The notes: a model not told the origin generated them from the sequence alone. A stretch of DNA of 64,000 nucleotides from Candidatus Micrarchaeota archaeon (GCA_026396415.1 JAPLWX010000050.1:15783-79782), one strand, 5' to 3'; counted from the first letter of the stretch, positions 1-9,266 are shown. Numbers and translations are program-made.

Positions 1-297
1 GCCCGAATATTCCACAAGCGAGCCATGCGGCACCAGTATTGCGTTTTTCTCAAGAAGCTCTTCGGATGGGATGTCCTTCAGGTCATCCACTTCGATGAAT
101 TCGTCCGGGCAGCCAAGCGGGAAAGCCTCGTAAACCTTGCGCCTGTTGTGCGTGCAGATGCCGATTGTCTTTATCCCCTCCGCGCGCGCGCCGTGGAAAA
201 TCTGGAGCGCGGTGTGCGAGCAGATGGTGGCGATTTTCAGCTTTTTCCTGTCGTAGGACTCAAGCGTCTGCGCGATTTTTTCACGTGTCATGTTCAT
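1..297 (-). CDS. PurP-like (FAICAR synthetase family) N-terminal fragment; gene continues beyond the window start
   Basis: Minus-strand translation from an ATG at 291/297 reads MTREKIAQTLESYDRKKLKIATICSHTALQIFHGARAEGIKTIGICTHNRRKVYEAF... This matches the conserved PurP N-terminal domain (the ATLGSHTAL-type motif). It lies directly downstream of a complete purP, so it is a tandem paralog. Confidence 0.55.
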   Translation of the reverse strand, partial: MNMTREKIAQTLESYDRKKLKIATICSHTALQIFHGARAEGIKTIGICTHNRRKVYEAFPLGCPDEFIEVDDLKDIPSEELLEKNAILVPHGSLVEYSG

Positions 298-307
298 GGA
301 ATCAACA

Positions 308-1438
308 TCAAGTCACGATTTCTTGCAGCCTTCCCTGCTTCGCCGCCTCCTTTACCTCGAGCGCAATCCTCTCCCCCACGCTCATGCTCCTGCCGTAAAG
401 GTAGTCCCCATACGGCGTAAAGCGCACGCCCGGCGAGCCTGGCACGCGGAAGGATACGTCGAAAATGGCAGGCACCTCTCCCTCATCTGAAGGCACGATT
501 GCCCCTTGCAGCGCAAATGGGCCGATGATGCCCGGCTTGTACTCGCGCCTGCAGGTCTCCACGAATTTTTCGCCGATGTCAAACACGCCCTCGAGGAGCG
601 ACTCGCGTATGGTGCAGGCAACATGGCCCACCTCTATGTTCTTCATGCGCGCATACTTGAGCACCTCGGACTGCTCAAGCGCCGTGAGCCTGAGGAGCCC
701 GTCCAGGTTGGTCTGCCTCCTAAAGTCCGTGCCCAAAAGCTCCAGTTCGCCAGTGAGGGGCGAGACGAAATAATTGAAGTTGAACTGCGCGCCCAGCATG
801 AATTCCTCTATAAGGGCGGTTTCAAGCCCTTCCTTTGTTATCATGCCCGCCTGCAGCATCTCCTTGCTCTTCCTCTCATACTCGCGCGCTGAGTTCACGA
901 TGAAAAACGCGCGCTCGTACTTGCGCCTTGCCTCGGATGCCTTCACTATCACCAGCCTGTCTATCTTGTCCGGCGTTGAAAATGTCTTGGGCACCCTCAC
1001 TCCCGCCTTTGTGAGGAGATAGTGCTGGTTCCTCTCGCAATTCCTCTCCTCCGCGCGCAAAAGCATCCTGTTGCCGAAGATTGGCACCGAAAAATCCTGC
1101 TCGATTTTGTCATAGCCCACATACACCGAGAACGAGCGGTGGGGCACGAATAGCGCCTGCTGTTTCACGAGATAGTCGCACCACTTCTTTGTTGCAATGT
1201 CCGAGAACTTGTCAAGGAGCACAAGCTCGTCTATGCAGCCGCGCGCCTCCCCCAGGGCTTGCCGCTTGGTGTAATATTTCTGGTAGGTGCGCTCCCTGCC
1301 TTTCTGGCAAAGCACGATTGACTTCATCCCGTATTTGCCCGCGCCAGATGCGATGTCCAGCGCGGAGTGCGAGCCGAGCACGGCCAGGGATGGTTTGGTG
1401 TAGCCTGCCGCGATTTTTCCCACGTCTGATAAGACCAT
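308..1438 (-). CDS. purP: 5-formaminoimidazole-4-carboxamide ribonucleotide (FAICAR) synthetase PurP, ATP-grasp type
   Basis: The 376-aa ORF starts at an ATG at 1438. The N-terminus reads LAVLGSHSALDIASGAGKYGMKSIVLC. Length and overall layout are typical of archaeal PurP. Confidence 0.75.
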   Translation of the reverse strand: MVLSDVGKIAAGYTKPSLAVLGSHSALDIASGAGKYGMKSIVLCQKGRERTYQKYYTKRQALGEARGCIDELVLLDKFSDIATKKWCDYLVKQQALFVPHRSFSVYVGYDKIEQDFSVPIFGNRMLLRAEERNCERNQHYLLTKAGVRVPKTFSTPDKIDRLVIVKASEARRKYERAFFIVNSAREYERKSKEMLQAGMITKEGLETALIEEFMLGAQFNFNYFVSPLTGELELLGTDFRRQTNLDGLLRLTALEQSEVLKYARMKNIEVGHVACTIRESLLEGVFDIGEKFVETCRREYKPGIIGPFALQGAIVPSDEGEVPAIFDVSFRVPGSPGVRFTPYGDYLYGRSMSVGERIALEVKEAAKQGRLQEIVT

Positions 1439-1553
1439 ATGAAGTTATGGAGGAGGGGGTTTAAAAAAGTTCGTCAGAACTTTTTCAGGCGTGGGAATGC
1501 GCGCACTCCCACGAAGATAAAAAAGTTGGGCAGCATGCGCTCCGTTAACCATC

Positions 1554-2675
1554 CTACCCTTTCCCGCCGGCATGCCTTAGCATATCCCGCTTCATACCAA
1601 GAAGGGGCGCATCCAGGTCGTCAAGAATGCGGTATATGATCGTGCCGTGGTTGACTTTGCGGCATGCCTTGTCAAAAATGGCATAGGAGCATTTCTTTGA
1701 GGCGAGGCAAACGTCCAGCTCAAGCTGCATAAGCTCGCTTGCTACGGGGCTGCCGGGGTCGCGGCTTGCCCGGACATATGGCGATTTGCCCCCGTAATCG
1801 ACCGTGATGCCGATGAACGCGTATTTTTGGGCGCTCTCTTCCCCCTGGCGTAAAATGTTCATGCAGTGGGTGCATAAACGTATGGCATTCCCCTTCTTTC
1901 TTATCAGGACAGGGTCTGTCTCGAATGGCGTCTGCGACCCGGCGGGGATTTTTCGCACGCTTTGCACATGCTGCCGCGCAGCCTCCACGGCTTCCTGGAA
2001 CGCAGCCGCCCCCTCCTTGCTGCGCCGCCATTTTGGGTAGAAAACCCACGGCATCCCGAAGATTTTCCTCTGGCGCGCCTCCAACTCAGGGTTGCTGAAG
2101 GGGATGTGCATGTCAAGCGAGCGCACATCTTCCCCGGGGTCGTAAATCTTGTTGAGACCTGCGATGCACCCACCATGCCTCCAGAGCGAATAGAACCCAG
2201 CCGCTTTGATTTCTTTTTGCCCCAAATCCCTGACAGGGATGCCAAAGCGCAAAGAAATGGCTTCAAGCGCGAAAACGGTGTTCATGAAGCCAAGAGGCCA
2301 GACGCTTGTCTGCCCGTTGTTGTTGTAAGCCAGGCAGTAGCTGCCGTCAGGCTGGCGGATGAAGCTCGGCTTGTGCGGCTCCAAATTTTCAATCTTGAGC
2401 TTTTCATTATTAGGCAGGGCGCCTTTCCACTTCAGAAAAGCCCTTGCCCGGGTCGGCTTGCCGGAAAATATCCTGCTGCAGGAGAAAGTGTCCCTCGGAA
2501 TCCGCACGTTTTCCCCTTTCACCCTGGCTAAGATGATGCTGCGTGCTTCGCCCTGGCTTGCCATTGGCATGGGGGAAATTCGGATAACATGTGATTTTAA
2601 ATGTTGGGGCGCGTTCGCCTCTGGCAGCTGCGCTTGCTCTGGCGTCATGCTGCATCCTGATCCGGAGCCTCTCAC
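1554..2675 (-). CDS. hypothetical protein with Cys-rich C-terminal region (CTHCMN ... CLASKKCSY ... ACRK)
   Basis: 373-aa ORF. Its GTG start overlaps the upstream stop (a GTGA overlap at 2672-2675), which suggests translational coupling. No family recognised by eye. Confidence 0.4.
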   Translation of the reverse strand: MRGSGSGCSMTPEQAQLPEANAPQHLKSHVIRISPMPMASQGEARSIILARVKGENVRIPRDTFSCSRIFSGKPTRARAFLKWKGALPNNEKLKIENLEPHKPSFIRQPDGSYCLAYNNNGQTSVWPLGFMNTVFALEAISLRFGIPVRDLGQKEIKAAGFYSLWRHGGCIAGLNKIYDPGEDVRSLDMHIPFSNPELEARQRKIFGMPWVFYPKWRRSKEGAAAFQEAVEAARQHVQSVRKIPAGSQTPFETDPVLIRKKGNAIRLCTHCMNILRQGEESAQKYAFIGITVDYGGKSPYVRASRDPGSPVASELMQLELDVCLASKKCSYAIFDKACRKVNHGTIIYRILDDLDAPLLGMKRDMLRHAGGKG

Positions 2676-3367
2676 TCCACGCTCTTTTCATGGCGGGTTA
2701 TCAGGCTGTCGATTTCCTTAAGGAGGAGTTTCATGGATTGCGTGCGGCTCTCGAATGTGTACTGCCCGCGGTCAAGATGCAGCACGAACGCGTACATTTT
2801 CTTCGCTGCTCCATGCGCAGCCTTTCCCCGCTTTTTCGCACTGCCCTGCTTTTTTTCAAAATTGTCCTTTGCGAAACTGAAGCCCGTTTTTCCAACGTGG
2901 TAATCCACTCTGACTGAGAATGGCTTTTTCATATATGCGGAAAACGCCCATCTCAAATAGTCCCCCACCAGCCTTCTGATGTCGTTTATGTTGTCGGTTT
3001 CCTTGAACGGAATCTCGGGGTTCCAGATGGCGTATTGCGCCTCTGGCCGGTGTATCTTCATCTTTTTCTCTTTTTTGGGCGCCTTTTCCCTGTCTGCCTC
3101 GGCTTTTGGCGCGTCTTTCGCCACCTGGACCTCGGCTTTCTTCACAACCTCCATATCTGCAGGCTTTGGCTTCTCCCCTGCCTTTCTTGGCGCTTTAGGC
3201 TTCTTTTCCTGCACAGTTTCTGCGCGCTGCACCCGGCGGAAGGCATGCAAATCCGGCAGCAAGAGCGCCGCTTCCCAATCCGTCAATACAATGCGCCTGG
3301 TAACCGGAGCAGCTTGCATGGCCTGCCCTTTGGCACCGAGCTTTTTTTGTTCGCTGGACATGGGCAA
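2672..3367 (-). CDS. hypothetical protein with Lys/Ala/Glu-rich low-complexity centre
   Basis: 231-aa ORF. It overlaps the downstream gene by 4 nt, consistent with an operon. The C-terminal half reads as ordered sequence (YLRWAFSAYMKKPFSVRVDYHVGK). Confidence 0.4.
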   Translation of the reverse strand: MPMSSEQKKLGAKGQAMQAAPVTRRIVLTDWEAALLLPDLHAFRRVQRAETVQEKKPKAPRKAGEKPKPADMEVVKKAEVQVAKDAPKAEADREKAPKKEKKMKIHRPEAQYAIWNPEIPFKETDNINDIRRLVGDYLRWAFSAYMKKPFSVRVDYHVGKTGFSFAKDNFEKKQGSAKKRGKAAHGAAKKMYAFVLHLDRGQYTFESRTQSMKLLLKEIDSLITRHEKSVE

Positions 3368-3440
3368 ACTGGTGATAGTATATGGTTATAAAGGTATCTA
3401 TGCGGCGCGCTCCCATTTCCCGCCGCCCGGGCAAGAAGCC

Positions 3441-4208
3441 TCACTTTTTTTCCAGGGCGGAGATTTTTTCGTTGATTTCGCCCATCGCTTCCTTCAGGTT
3501 GCTTTCCAGCAGCGCTCCTTCATCCGGCCCAAACGCCTTCCTCAAATCCGCCAGGTGCTCCCCTGCCTTCTTGCAGGCATCAAGGGCATTGCCGTAGCTG
3601 GCCATTGCACTTTCCTTTGCATCTTCGCCATTGCCAGCATTCTGCGCGTTCCCCATATTCAGGCAAGTCCGTGCGATATTGATTTGGGAGAGGAAAAGAT
3701 CCTCCTGGCTCAAAAACTCGCGCCTTTCCTTCTTTTCGTACGAGATCTTATACTGCTCTGCAGACGCCTTGAAGTATCCGATTCCCTTCGGGTAGTCGTA
3801 TATCTTGCTTTTGTCAATCGGCACCGCACTCAGCATGTCTATGGTTTTCGTTTCCGGAGCAGTGTAAAGGAGGCCAAGCTGATAATATGTCACTGCCAGC
3901 GCGTTCTCATAGCGTCCATCATCGGACGCCTTGCCGGCAAGCTCAAGCGCCTTTTTCAGGTATTTTTCCGAGTCCAGGAGCCTCGGCTCGCGCATCGTCG
4001 GGTCGCTATAATTCGCCGCGCCGTTGCAAAGCGCCTCCCCGAAACGCCTGAGCTGCTCGGGGGAAAGATTGGGGATATTTTTGTTCAGCCAGAAGTCATT
4101 CCGGTATTCCTTGTTGCTTGTGTCCCACAGCATCTGCGTGAATATGCTCTCTGAAACCCCTGCCACTGCACCAAGTGACGCTGTTTTCTGGAAAATGAAC
4201 ATTCCCAT
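3441..4208 (-). CDS. hypothetical protein (helical, possibly TPR-like)
   Basis: 255-aa ORF, codirectional with and upstream of the 2672-3367 gene. No recognisable motif. Confidence 0.35.
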   Translation of the reverse strand: MGMFIFQKTASLGAVAGVSESIFTQMLWDTSNKEYRNDFWLNKNIPNLSPEQLRRFGEALCNGAANYSDPTMREPRLLDSEKYLKKALELAGKASDDGRYENALAVTYYQLGLLYTAPETKTIDMLSAVPIDKSKIYDYPKGIGYFKASAEQYKISYEKKERREFLSQEDLFLSQINIARTCLNMGNAQNAGNGEDAKESAMASYGNALDACKKAGEHLADLRKAFGPDEGALLESNLKEAMGEINEKISALEKK

Positions 4209-4371
4209 CCCTCCTGCGCAGCCTATTCTGCCGGAAAAACATAATAAAGCGCACCGGAACCACTGGAATGCCGCTTGGGAAGCGCTTATATCCCTCCTTT
4301 GCGCCAGCCTTTCCGCCTTTTGCAGGCGTTGCGCGCAAGCATTATAAGTTTAATGATACTTTAATGCAATG

Positions 4372-4383
4372 TTAATGCATTAA
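4372..4383. promoter_or_regulatory. perfect 12-nt palindrome TTAATGCATTAA with repeated TTAATGCA half-sites; candidate operator upstream of the RHH antitoxin gene
   Basis: Seen directly in an AT-rich leader. A GGTGAGG Shine-Dalgarno-like element lies at 4394-4400, before the ATG at 4403. Confidence 0.35.
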
Positions 4384-4402
4384 TATTGCAAAAGGTGAGG
4401 AA

Positions 4403-4663
4403 ATGAACGTGAACCTCCATTTGGCCGGCGACGTGGAAGCCTACATAGATTCCCTCGTGCGCCGCGGATTGGCGGCAAGCAAGACCGAGGCAGTGCGCCT
4501 CACAATCGTGCAGGCCCGGCAGCGCGAGCTTGAGCTGGAAAGCGAAAGGCGCGGCACGGACAGGCTCAACCAGATGACAATGGAGCTCGCATGGAACAAT
4601 CCAAAGGACGACGAAGCTGCGAAATTCTATGAGAAAAGGTATCTCCGTGGCAAAAAGATCTGA
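4403..4663 (+). CDS. ribbon-helix-helix (CopG-like) antitoxin
   Basis: 86 aa. Starts MNVNLHLAGDVEAYIDSLVRRGLAASKTEAVRLTI. Small size, and it overlaps a downstream MazF-like gene. Confidence 0.55.
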   Translation: MNVNLHLAGDVEAYIDSLVRRGLAASKTEAVRLTIVQARQRELELESERRGTDRLNQMTMELAWNNPKDDEAAKFYEKRYLRGKKI

Positions 4664-4970
4664 CATAGTGGTAGCAAAGGTCTATTTTTCGGATTCGCCA
4701 GATGGCAAGCTGCGCCCCTGCATTGTCCTTTCGGATGAGCGCTACAATTCCAGCGGCTTTGCGCTAGTGGCCCCCATCACAACCTCCGGCGACGAATACT
4801 GCCTGCCAATCGGGAAAAGCGACTGCGATTGCGACCTTGCGGGCGGAAGCGGCGCGCGCTTTGATGGAATCGCAAAAATCCCGCTTTCCCAGATACGGCA
4901 CAGGATAGGGCGGACAAAAGACGGGTTCTATTGGAAGCTAGCATCAAAAATCAGGGAACTTATCGAATGA
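4629..4970 (+). CDS. mazF: MazF/PemK family toxin (endoribonuclease)
   Basis: Motifs RSDIVVAKVYFSDSPDGKLRPCIVLSDE ... ALVAPITTS are typical of PemK/MazF. The start may instead be the GTG at 4647. It overlaps the antitoxin by 17-35 nt. Confidence 0.7.
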   Translation: MRKGISVAKRSDIVVAKVYFSDSPDGKLRPCIVLSDERYNSSGFALVAPITTSGDEYCLPIGKSDCDCDLAGGSGARFDGIAKIPLSQIRHRIGRTKDGFYWKLASKIRELIE

Positions 4971-5092
4971 GAAATGGCAGGGGAACCACCGGCATCCTGC
5001 TTGGAAAGCGTTTATATACCCGGCAAGCGGCAAGGATACGCTAAATTTCACCAAACGGGAGAAATCCCGGATGAATTTAGTGGAGTGAGAAT

Positions 5093-5383
5093 ATGGGTGG
5101 CTCTGGCGATGGTGAAATGCCAGGCAAGGAGGCGACTCCTGCTGAAGAAGAAGGCAAGGTGGCTGGGCAAAAGCCTGATTTCCGGATTGTCCAGCCTGAG
5201 TATGTGCCTGCGCTTGGCAAGACCATCTACAAGGACGTGGGCGCCATGTGGCGCAACGTCAGCAAGGCAGGCAACGAATTCTACACGTTGAAGATTGGGA
5301 AGCTCAAGCTTCTCGTTTTCCAGAACATCCAGTCGCCTATGGCGACTGTCTCTCAGGGGGCGCAGCCCCCGAAGACGAAGTGA
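5093..5383 (+). CDS. hypothetical small protein (96 aa)
   Basis: ORF between mazF and radA. The sequence is not low-complexity. No family recognised. Confidence 0.25.
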   Translation: MGGSGDGEMPGKEATPAEEEGKVAGQKPDFRIVQPEYVPALGKTIYKDVGAMWRNVSKAGNEFYTLKIGKLKLLVFQNIQSPMATVSQGAQPPKTK

Positions 5384-5408
5384 GTGGGAGCATTGCGGGT
5401 TGATATAT

Positions 5409-6404
5409 ATGGCAAGGAAAAAGGAGAGCGATTCTATGGCTGAGGAAGTTGTTGAGGAAAAGAAAAAACTAGTGATAAAAGAACTGGAAGACCTGCCCGG
5501 GGTGGGCGACGTTTCCGCGGAAAAGCTGCGGAAAGCTGGCTATGACATAGAGAAAATAGCCGCAAGCTCCCCCCACGAGCTTGACGAGATTGCCGACATC
5601 GGGGTGGAAACCGCAAAGAGGACGATTGCAGCGGCGCGCGACTCGCTTGAGATGGGCTACGAGTCAGCGGACAAGATACTGGAAAGGAGAAAAGAGATTG
5701 GCAGGATAACCACGGGCTCCAAGGAACTTGACGCGCTCATAGGCGGCGGCGTGGAGACAATGTCCATCACAGAATGCTACGGCAAGTTCTCATCCGGAAA
5801 ATCGCAGGTCGGCTTCCAGCTCGCGCTCAACGTGCAAAAGCCCGTCGCGCAGGGCGGGCTGGACGGCAACACGCTGTTCGTGGACACTGAAAGCACTTTC
5901 CGGCCCGAGAGGATTGCCCAGCTTGCGGAAAGCGCCGGGATGGACCCTGACGCGGCGCTCAAGAGGATATTCGTGGCAAAGGCGATAAATTCCGACCACC
6001 AGATGGTGCTTGTGGACAAGGCGGAGGAGATGGTGAAGGAGAAGAACATCCGCCTCATCGTGATAGACTCCATGACCGCGCACTTCCGCGCGGATTACAT
6101 AGGACGAGGGGCGCTAAGCGACAGGCAGCAGAAGCTCAACAAGCACGTGCACGCGCTCCAGAAGCTCGCGGACAAGCACAACATCGCAATCTACATCACC
6201 AACCAGGTGATGGACAACCCGGGCATCATGTTCGGCGACCCCACCACGCCGATTGGGGGCCACGTTCTCGCGCACGCCGCGACCTACAGGATATACCTGC
6301 GCAAGGGCAAGGAGGAGAAGAGAATCGCGCGCCTTGTGGACTCCCCGAACATGCCCGAGGGCGAATGCGTATTCAAAGTCACGCCAAAGGGAGTGACGGA
6401 CTAG
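5409..6404 (+). CDS. radA: DNA repair and recombination protein RadA
   Basis: Has an N-terminal HhH region (LEDLPGVGDVSAEKLRKAGYD). Walker A reads GKFSSGKSQ. The sequences LFVDTESTFRPERI and NIAIYITNQV are classic RadA/Rad51. The ATG at 5409 is chosen over the upstream GTG ORF start. Confidence 0.9.
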   Translation: MARKKESDSMAEEVVEEKKKLVIKELEDLPGVGDVSAEKLRKAGYDIEKIAASSPHELDEIADIGVETAKRTIAAARDSLEMGYESADKILERRKEIGRITTGSKELDALIGGGVETMSITECYGKFSSGKSQVGFQLALNVQKPVAQGGLDGNTLFVDTESTFRPERIAQLAESAGMDPDAALKRIFVAKAINSDHQMVLVDKAEEMVKEKNIRLIVIDSMTAHFRADYIGRGALSDRQQKLNKHVHALQKLADKHNIAIYITNQVMDNPGIMFGDPTTPIGGHVLAHAATYRIYLRKGKEEKRIARLVDSPNMPEGECVFKVTPKGVTD

Positions 6405-6460
6405 CCTCTTTTTTTTCCTTTCTTTTTTCCACGTTTTCCCCTTTACACTGCTTTTTTAAT
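6405..6460 (+). terminator. pyrimidine/oligo-T tract after radA (cctcttttttttcctttcttttttcc)
   Basis: Archaeal terminators are oligo-T runs, and this one follows the radA stop directly. A TATA-like tttttaataca follows, about 35 nt before the next ORF. Confidence 0.35.
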
Positions 6461-6491
6461 ACATTTCCACCAGGAAAAGCCCGGTGGTGGG

Positions 6492-6962
6492 ATGGGCTTT
6501 TTCGCTGTAAAACCAGAGGTTGCTGCATACAAGAATTTCGCCAAGGATGATGGATTCAAGAGAGTGGCGCTTCTTTCGCGCGAAATCAAGGTGCTTGAAG
6601 TGAAGCAGGGCGCTGCGCATGCCTTTGGGCAACGTGGGAAAGAGGCAAGATTGGAAACAAGAATCAACGCAAAGACCGTTGAGATAAAGACCCTGAAGCA
6701 AGGCCTTGCTGAAAAATACAATTTGCAGACGGTGCTCGCAGGATTTGAAGAATACAGCAAGGGCTTTGCCTCTGGCATGAAGGTTGCCGGCGGGATTCTC
6801 AAGGTCTTAGTGCCGACACTCACGATAGGCGCGGGGCTGTTTATCCTAACCGCGGCTGCCTTGCAGCCTTCATTTGCCCAAGCTTGGCTGTCTATGCTGC
6901 CCTCAAAGCGTCTGCAATTGCCTTTGTTAGCGGCGCCGGGAGCTTTGGATACCTGTTTTTGA
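6492..6962 (+). CDS. hypothetical protein with C-terminal hydrophobic segment
   Basis: 156-aa ORF with plausible K/E-rich composition. A competing antisense ORF (6443-7036) exists. Weak call. Confidence 0.3.
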   Translation: MGFFAVKPEVAAYKNFAKDDGFKRVALLSREIKVLEVKQGAAHAFGQRGKEARLETRINAKTVEIKTLKQGLAEKYNLQTVLAGFEEYSKGFASGMKVAGGILKVLVPTLTIGAGLFILTAAALQPSFAQAWLSMLPSKRLQLPLLAAPGALDTCF

Positions 6963-7513
6963 CAATAGCCACCCGCCCGTCTCACAAAGATGTGGTGGAG
7001 ATGGCTGCCACTGACGAACCTCGGTGCGGGAGCCACTTGCCTTCAGGCAGTGGAGGAGCACCGAGGCGCGTGGCTCCCCCTTCTGTTCCAGAAGCCTCGG
7101 CCTTCAGGCCGAGGTTCGTCACGCCTGGCAAAGCAAGAATCGACATGCCGCTGTGAAGTGCCTGGATTATAGAAAAGAGGATGGCGAAAAGGCGCATCAG
7201 TGGTCAGTTCAGCCTCGCACAATGAAAGAGCCTGCCGCACCACCATTTGGTAATATTTATAAAGACGTGTTAGCATATAATGCCCATAAAGAGGCCACAT
7301 CATGTCCGATTCCAAAAAACTCAAGAACCCTTCGGAAGCGCAAAACGAGAGGGAAAAGATAAGCATGGCGATTGGGAAGAGAAAGCACCCGCCTTTCAAC
7401 TGCGAATACAGCAGCAGGCAGAAGGAGCGGGGGAGCCAACGCTATCACTCGGGAAGGCACGGCTGATTCTCCCTCGTTCTCTTTTCTGCCTGTGTCTTCT
7501 CAGCAACAAATAT

Positions 7514-7526
7514 GTTTAAAAAACCG
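7514..7526 (+). promoter_or_regulatory. TATA-box-like tgtttaaaaaacc about 30 nt upstream of the 7557 ATG
   Basis: Position and sequence are typical of an archaeal TATA box with an upstream purine-rich BRE-like context. Confidence 0.35.
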
Positions 7527-7556
7527 TCGTGGTAGATTCCGCGCCAAGGTGAATAG

Positions 7557-9266
7557 ATGTCTAAAACTGCTGAGCTTCTGATGCCGAATAGTCCTCTGGT
7601 CAGGAATTTTGTAAATAAAAATCTACAGGCTGCGCTTGAGCGTGGAAGAAAGCCGATAGATATAAATGCGAGCAGGCTGCTCCTCGATATCAATTCCGAT
7701 ATTGGGCGGCTGCAAATCACACCTGAAGAAGCCAGGAAAAATCTTCAATGGCTGGAAGCTAATCATAAGGCGAATCTTCAAGAAAAAGATGCGAAAACAA
7801 TGATTGAAGCGCTGCTGCTTAAGACCGGCTGTCCATTCAATGCAGAAGCCATCAATGTGCTTGTCAATCTTCTCACGGACTCTGGCACGTCTCAGCTGAC
7901 CCCAAGGCAGGAAGCTTTCAAAAAGCAATGGCAATCCCTTGTGGCTGATGAATATACTGTTGCATACAATCGCCCTGCCACAAGAGACCCGCTGGATTTT
8001 GTTTTCCAGACAATGCTGGGTGAGCAGTTTGATTTCTATCTTACTCCCCAATGCAGGGGTGCTGAATTCGTTGGACTCAAGTCGCTGCTGGCAAACGGGG
8101 TTATAGAAGCCGAAGACTGGGTCCTGACAAACCACCCTTTTGATACTACAAAGGGGCATATCCTGTTGGCACTGCTCAATATCGCCATCTGCGGAGAAAA
8201 TATTACTCCTGAAAGATACGAGAAGGATCCCGACGGGTTCCATGGCAATATCAATATGGAAAAGTTGGCGGAAAATTACGAGAAAAGCGGCGGAAGGTCA
8301 AAAATCATCCTGGCCACGGTGACCGATAATGCGGATGGAGGCCAGCCTGTTTCAATGGAGAATCTGCGCAAAGTCTCTGAGTTTGCGCGTCCGCGCGGGC
8401 TCCTGGTGTGGCTGGACTCTTGCCGCATATTTGAAAACGCGATGCTCATCAAGCTGCACGAGCCTGGCTACCAGGACAAGACCGTGCATGAAATTGCAAA
8501 GGAAATGGCATCTTACGCGGATTTCGGCACAATAAGCTTCAAGAAGATATACTCGCACGAGGGAGGGGGCTTTTTTGTAAACCGCAATTCAGAGCTTCTC
8601 GCGGGCAAGATTGAGGCAATGGGCAGGTCTTTGCAGGAATACATCACCATATACTTTGGCTGCGGCTTTAAGTCTTATTCCGGAAAATCTGGAATGGCAA
8701 TGGTCGAGATGATGTCTGGCTTGTTTGAGGCTGTTGACCCAGAAATACTGATGAAGCGCATAGGCCAGGTGAAAGGCGCATACAAAGCTGTGCATCGACA
8801 TAGCAATAGCTGGCTGCCTGGTGCCCATGCGCTATACGCAGCGGCTGACAAGATTCTGTATAACGTGCCTAGGGAAAATTGCCGGGCAGAGACATTCCAG
8901 ATGGTAAACTTCGCGGCTCTTGGGATGCTTGGCTGCGCTTTGGGCGACAGGCTCAATGGCAAGTGGGAGAAGGATGGACAACTCTGGACACTAAAAGTTC
9001 CTGCTTCTGCGGATTGGATGAGGTACGCATTTCCAAGGGAGCGCTACATTGGTGCGAAACTCGCGTTAATCGAAATAGTGGGTATTGCTGAAAAAGAAGG
9101 CGTTTATTCGCAGATTAAGGATGGCTTTGAAGCCTTGGACTTCAACCCATTTGGGTTTTGGCATTTTGGATCAAGATTCAAGGCAATATCTCCTGCGGAG
9201 ATACAAAAAGCAATACTCTGGATCTATGATATCGCTGTCGCTTACTTGAAGGAGCGGATGGGATGA
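7557..9266 (+). CDS. beta-eliminating lyase family PLP enzyme (tryptophanase / tyrosine phenol-lyase-like) with about 90-aa N-terminal extension
   Basis: Aligns by eye to TnaA across the whole core. LLTDSGTSQLTP matches LLTDSGTGA, PQCRGAEF matches HQGRGAE, NHPFDTTKGH matches NYFFDTTQGH, and ILATVTDNADGGQPVS matches IVATITCNSAGGQPVS. A PLP-lysine context SFKK matches SAKKD. The gene is visibly lower in GC than its neighbours. Confidence 0.7.
   Translation: MSKTAELLMPNSPLVRNFVNKNLQAALERGRKPIDINASRLLLDINSDIGRLQITPEEARKNLQWLEANHKANLQEKDAKTMIEALLLKTGCPFNAEAINVLVNLLTDSGTSQLTPRQEAFKKQWQSLVADEYTVAYNRPATRDPLDFVFQTMLGEQFDFYLTPQCRGAEFVGLKSLLANGVIEAEDWVLTNHPFDTTKGHILLALLNIAICGENITPERYEKDPDGFHGNINMEKLAENYEKSGGRSKIILATVTDNADGGQPVSMENLRKVSEFARPRGLLVWLDSCRIFENAMLIKLHEPGYQDKTVHEIAKEMASYADFGTISFKKIYSHEGGGFFVNRNSELLAGKIEAMGRSLQEYITIYFGCGFKSYSGKSGMAMVEMMSGLFEAVDPEILMKRIGQVKGAYKAVHRHSNSWLPGAHALYAAADKILYNVPRENCRAETFQMVNFAALGMLGCALGDRLNGKWEKDGQLWTLKVPASADWMRYAFPRERYIGAKLALIEIVGIAEKEGVYSQIKDGFEALDFNPFGFWHFGSRFKAISPAEIQKAILWIYDIAVAYLKERMG

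Noticed and set aside
6982-7460. Several overlapping 60-120-aa ORFs between 6962 and 7557, including a 55-aa ORF at 7302
   Set aside because: Mutually overlapping with no motifs or plausible starts. The region is treated as an intergenic leader of the tnaA-like gene.
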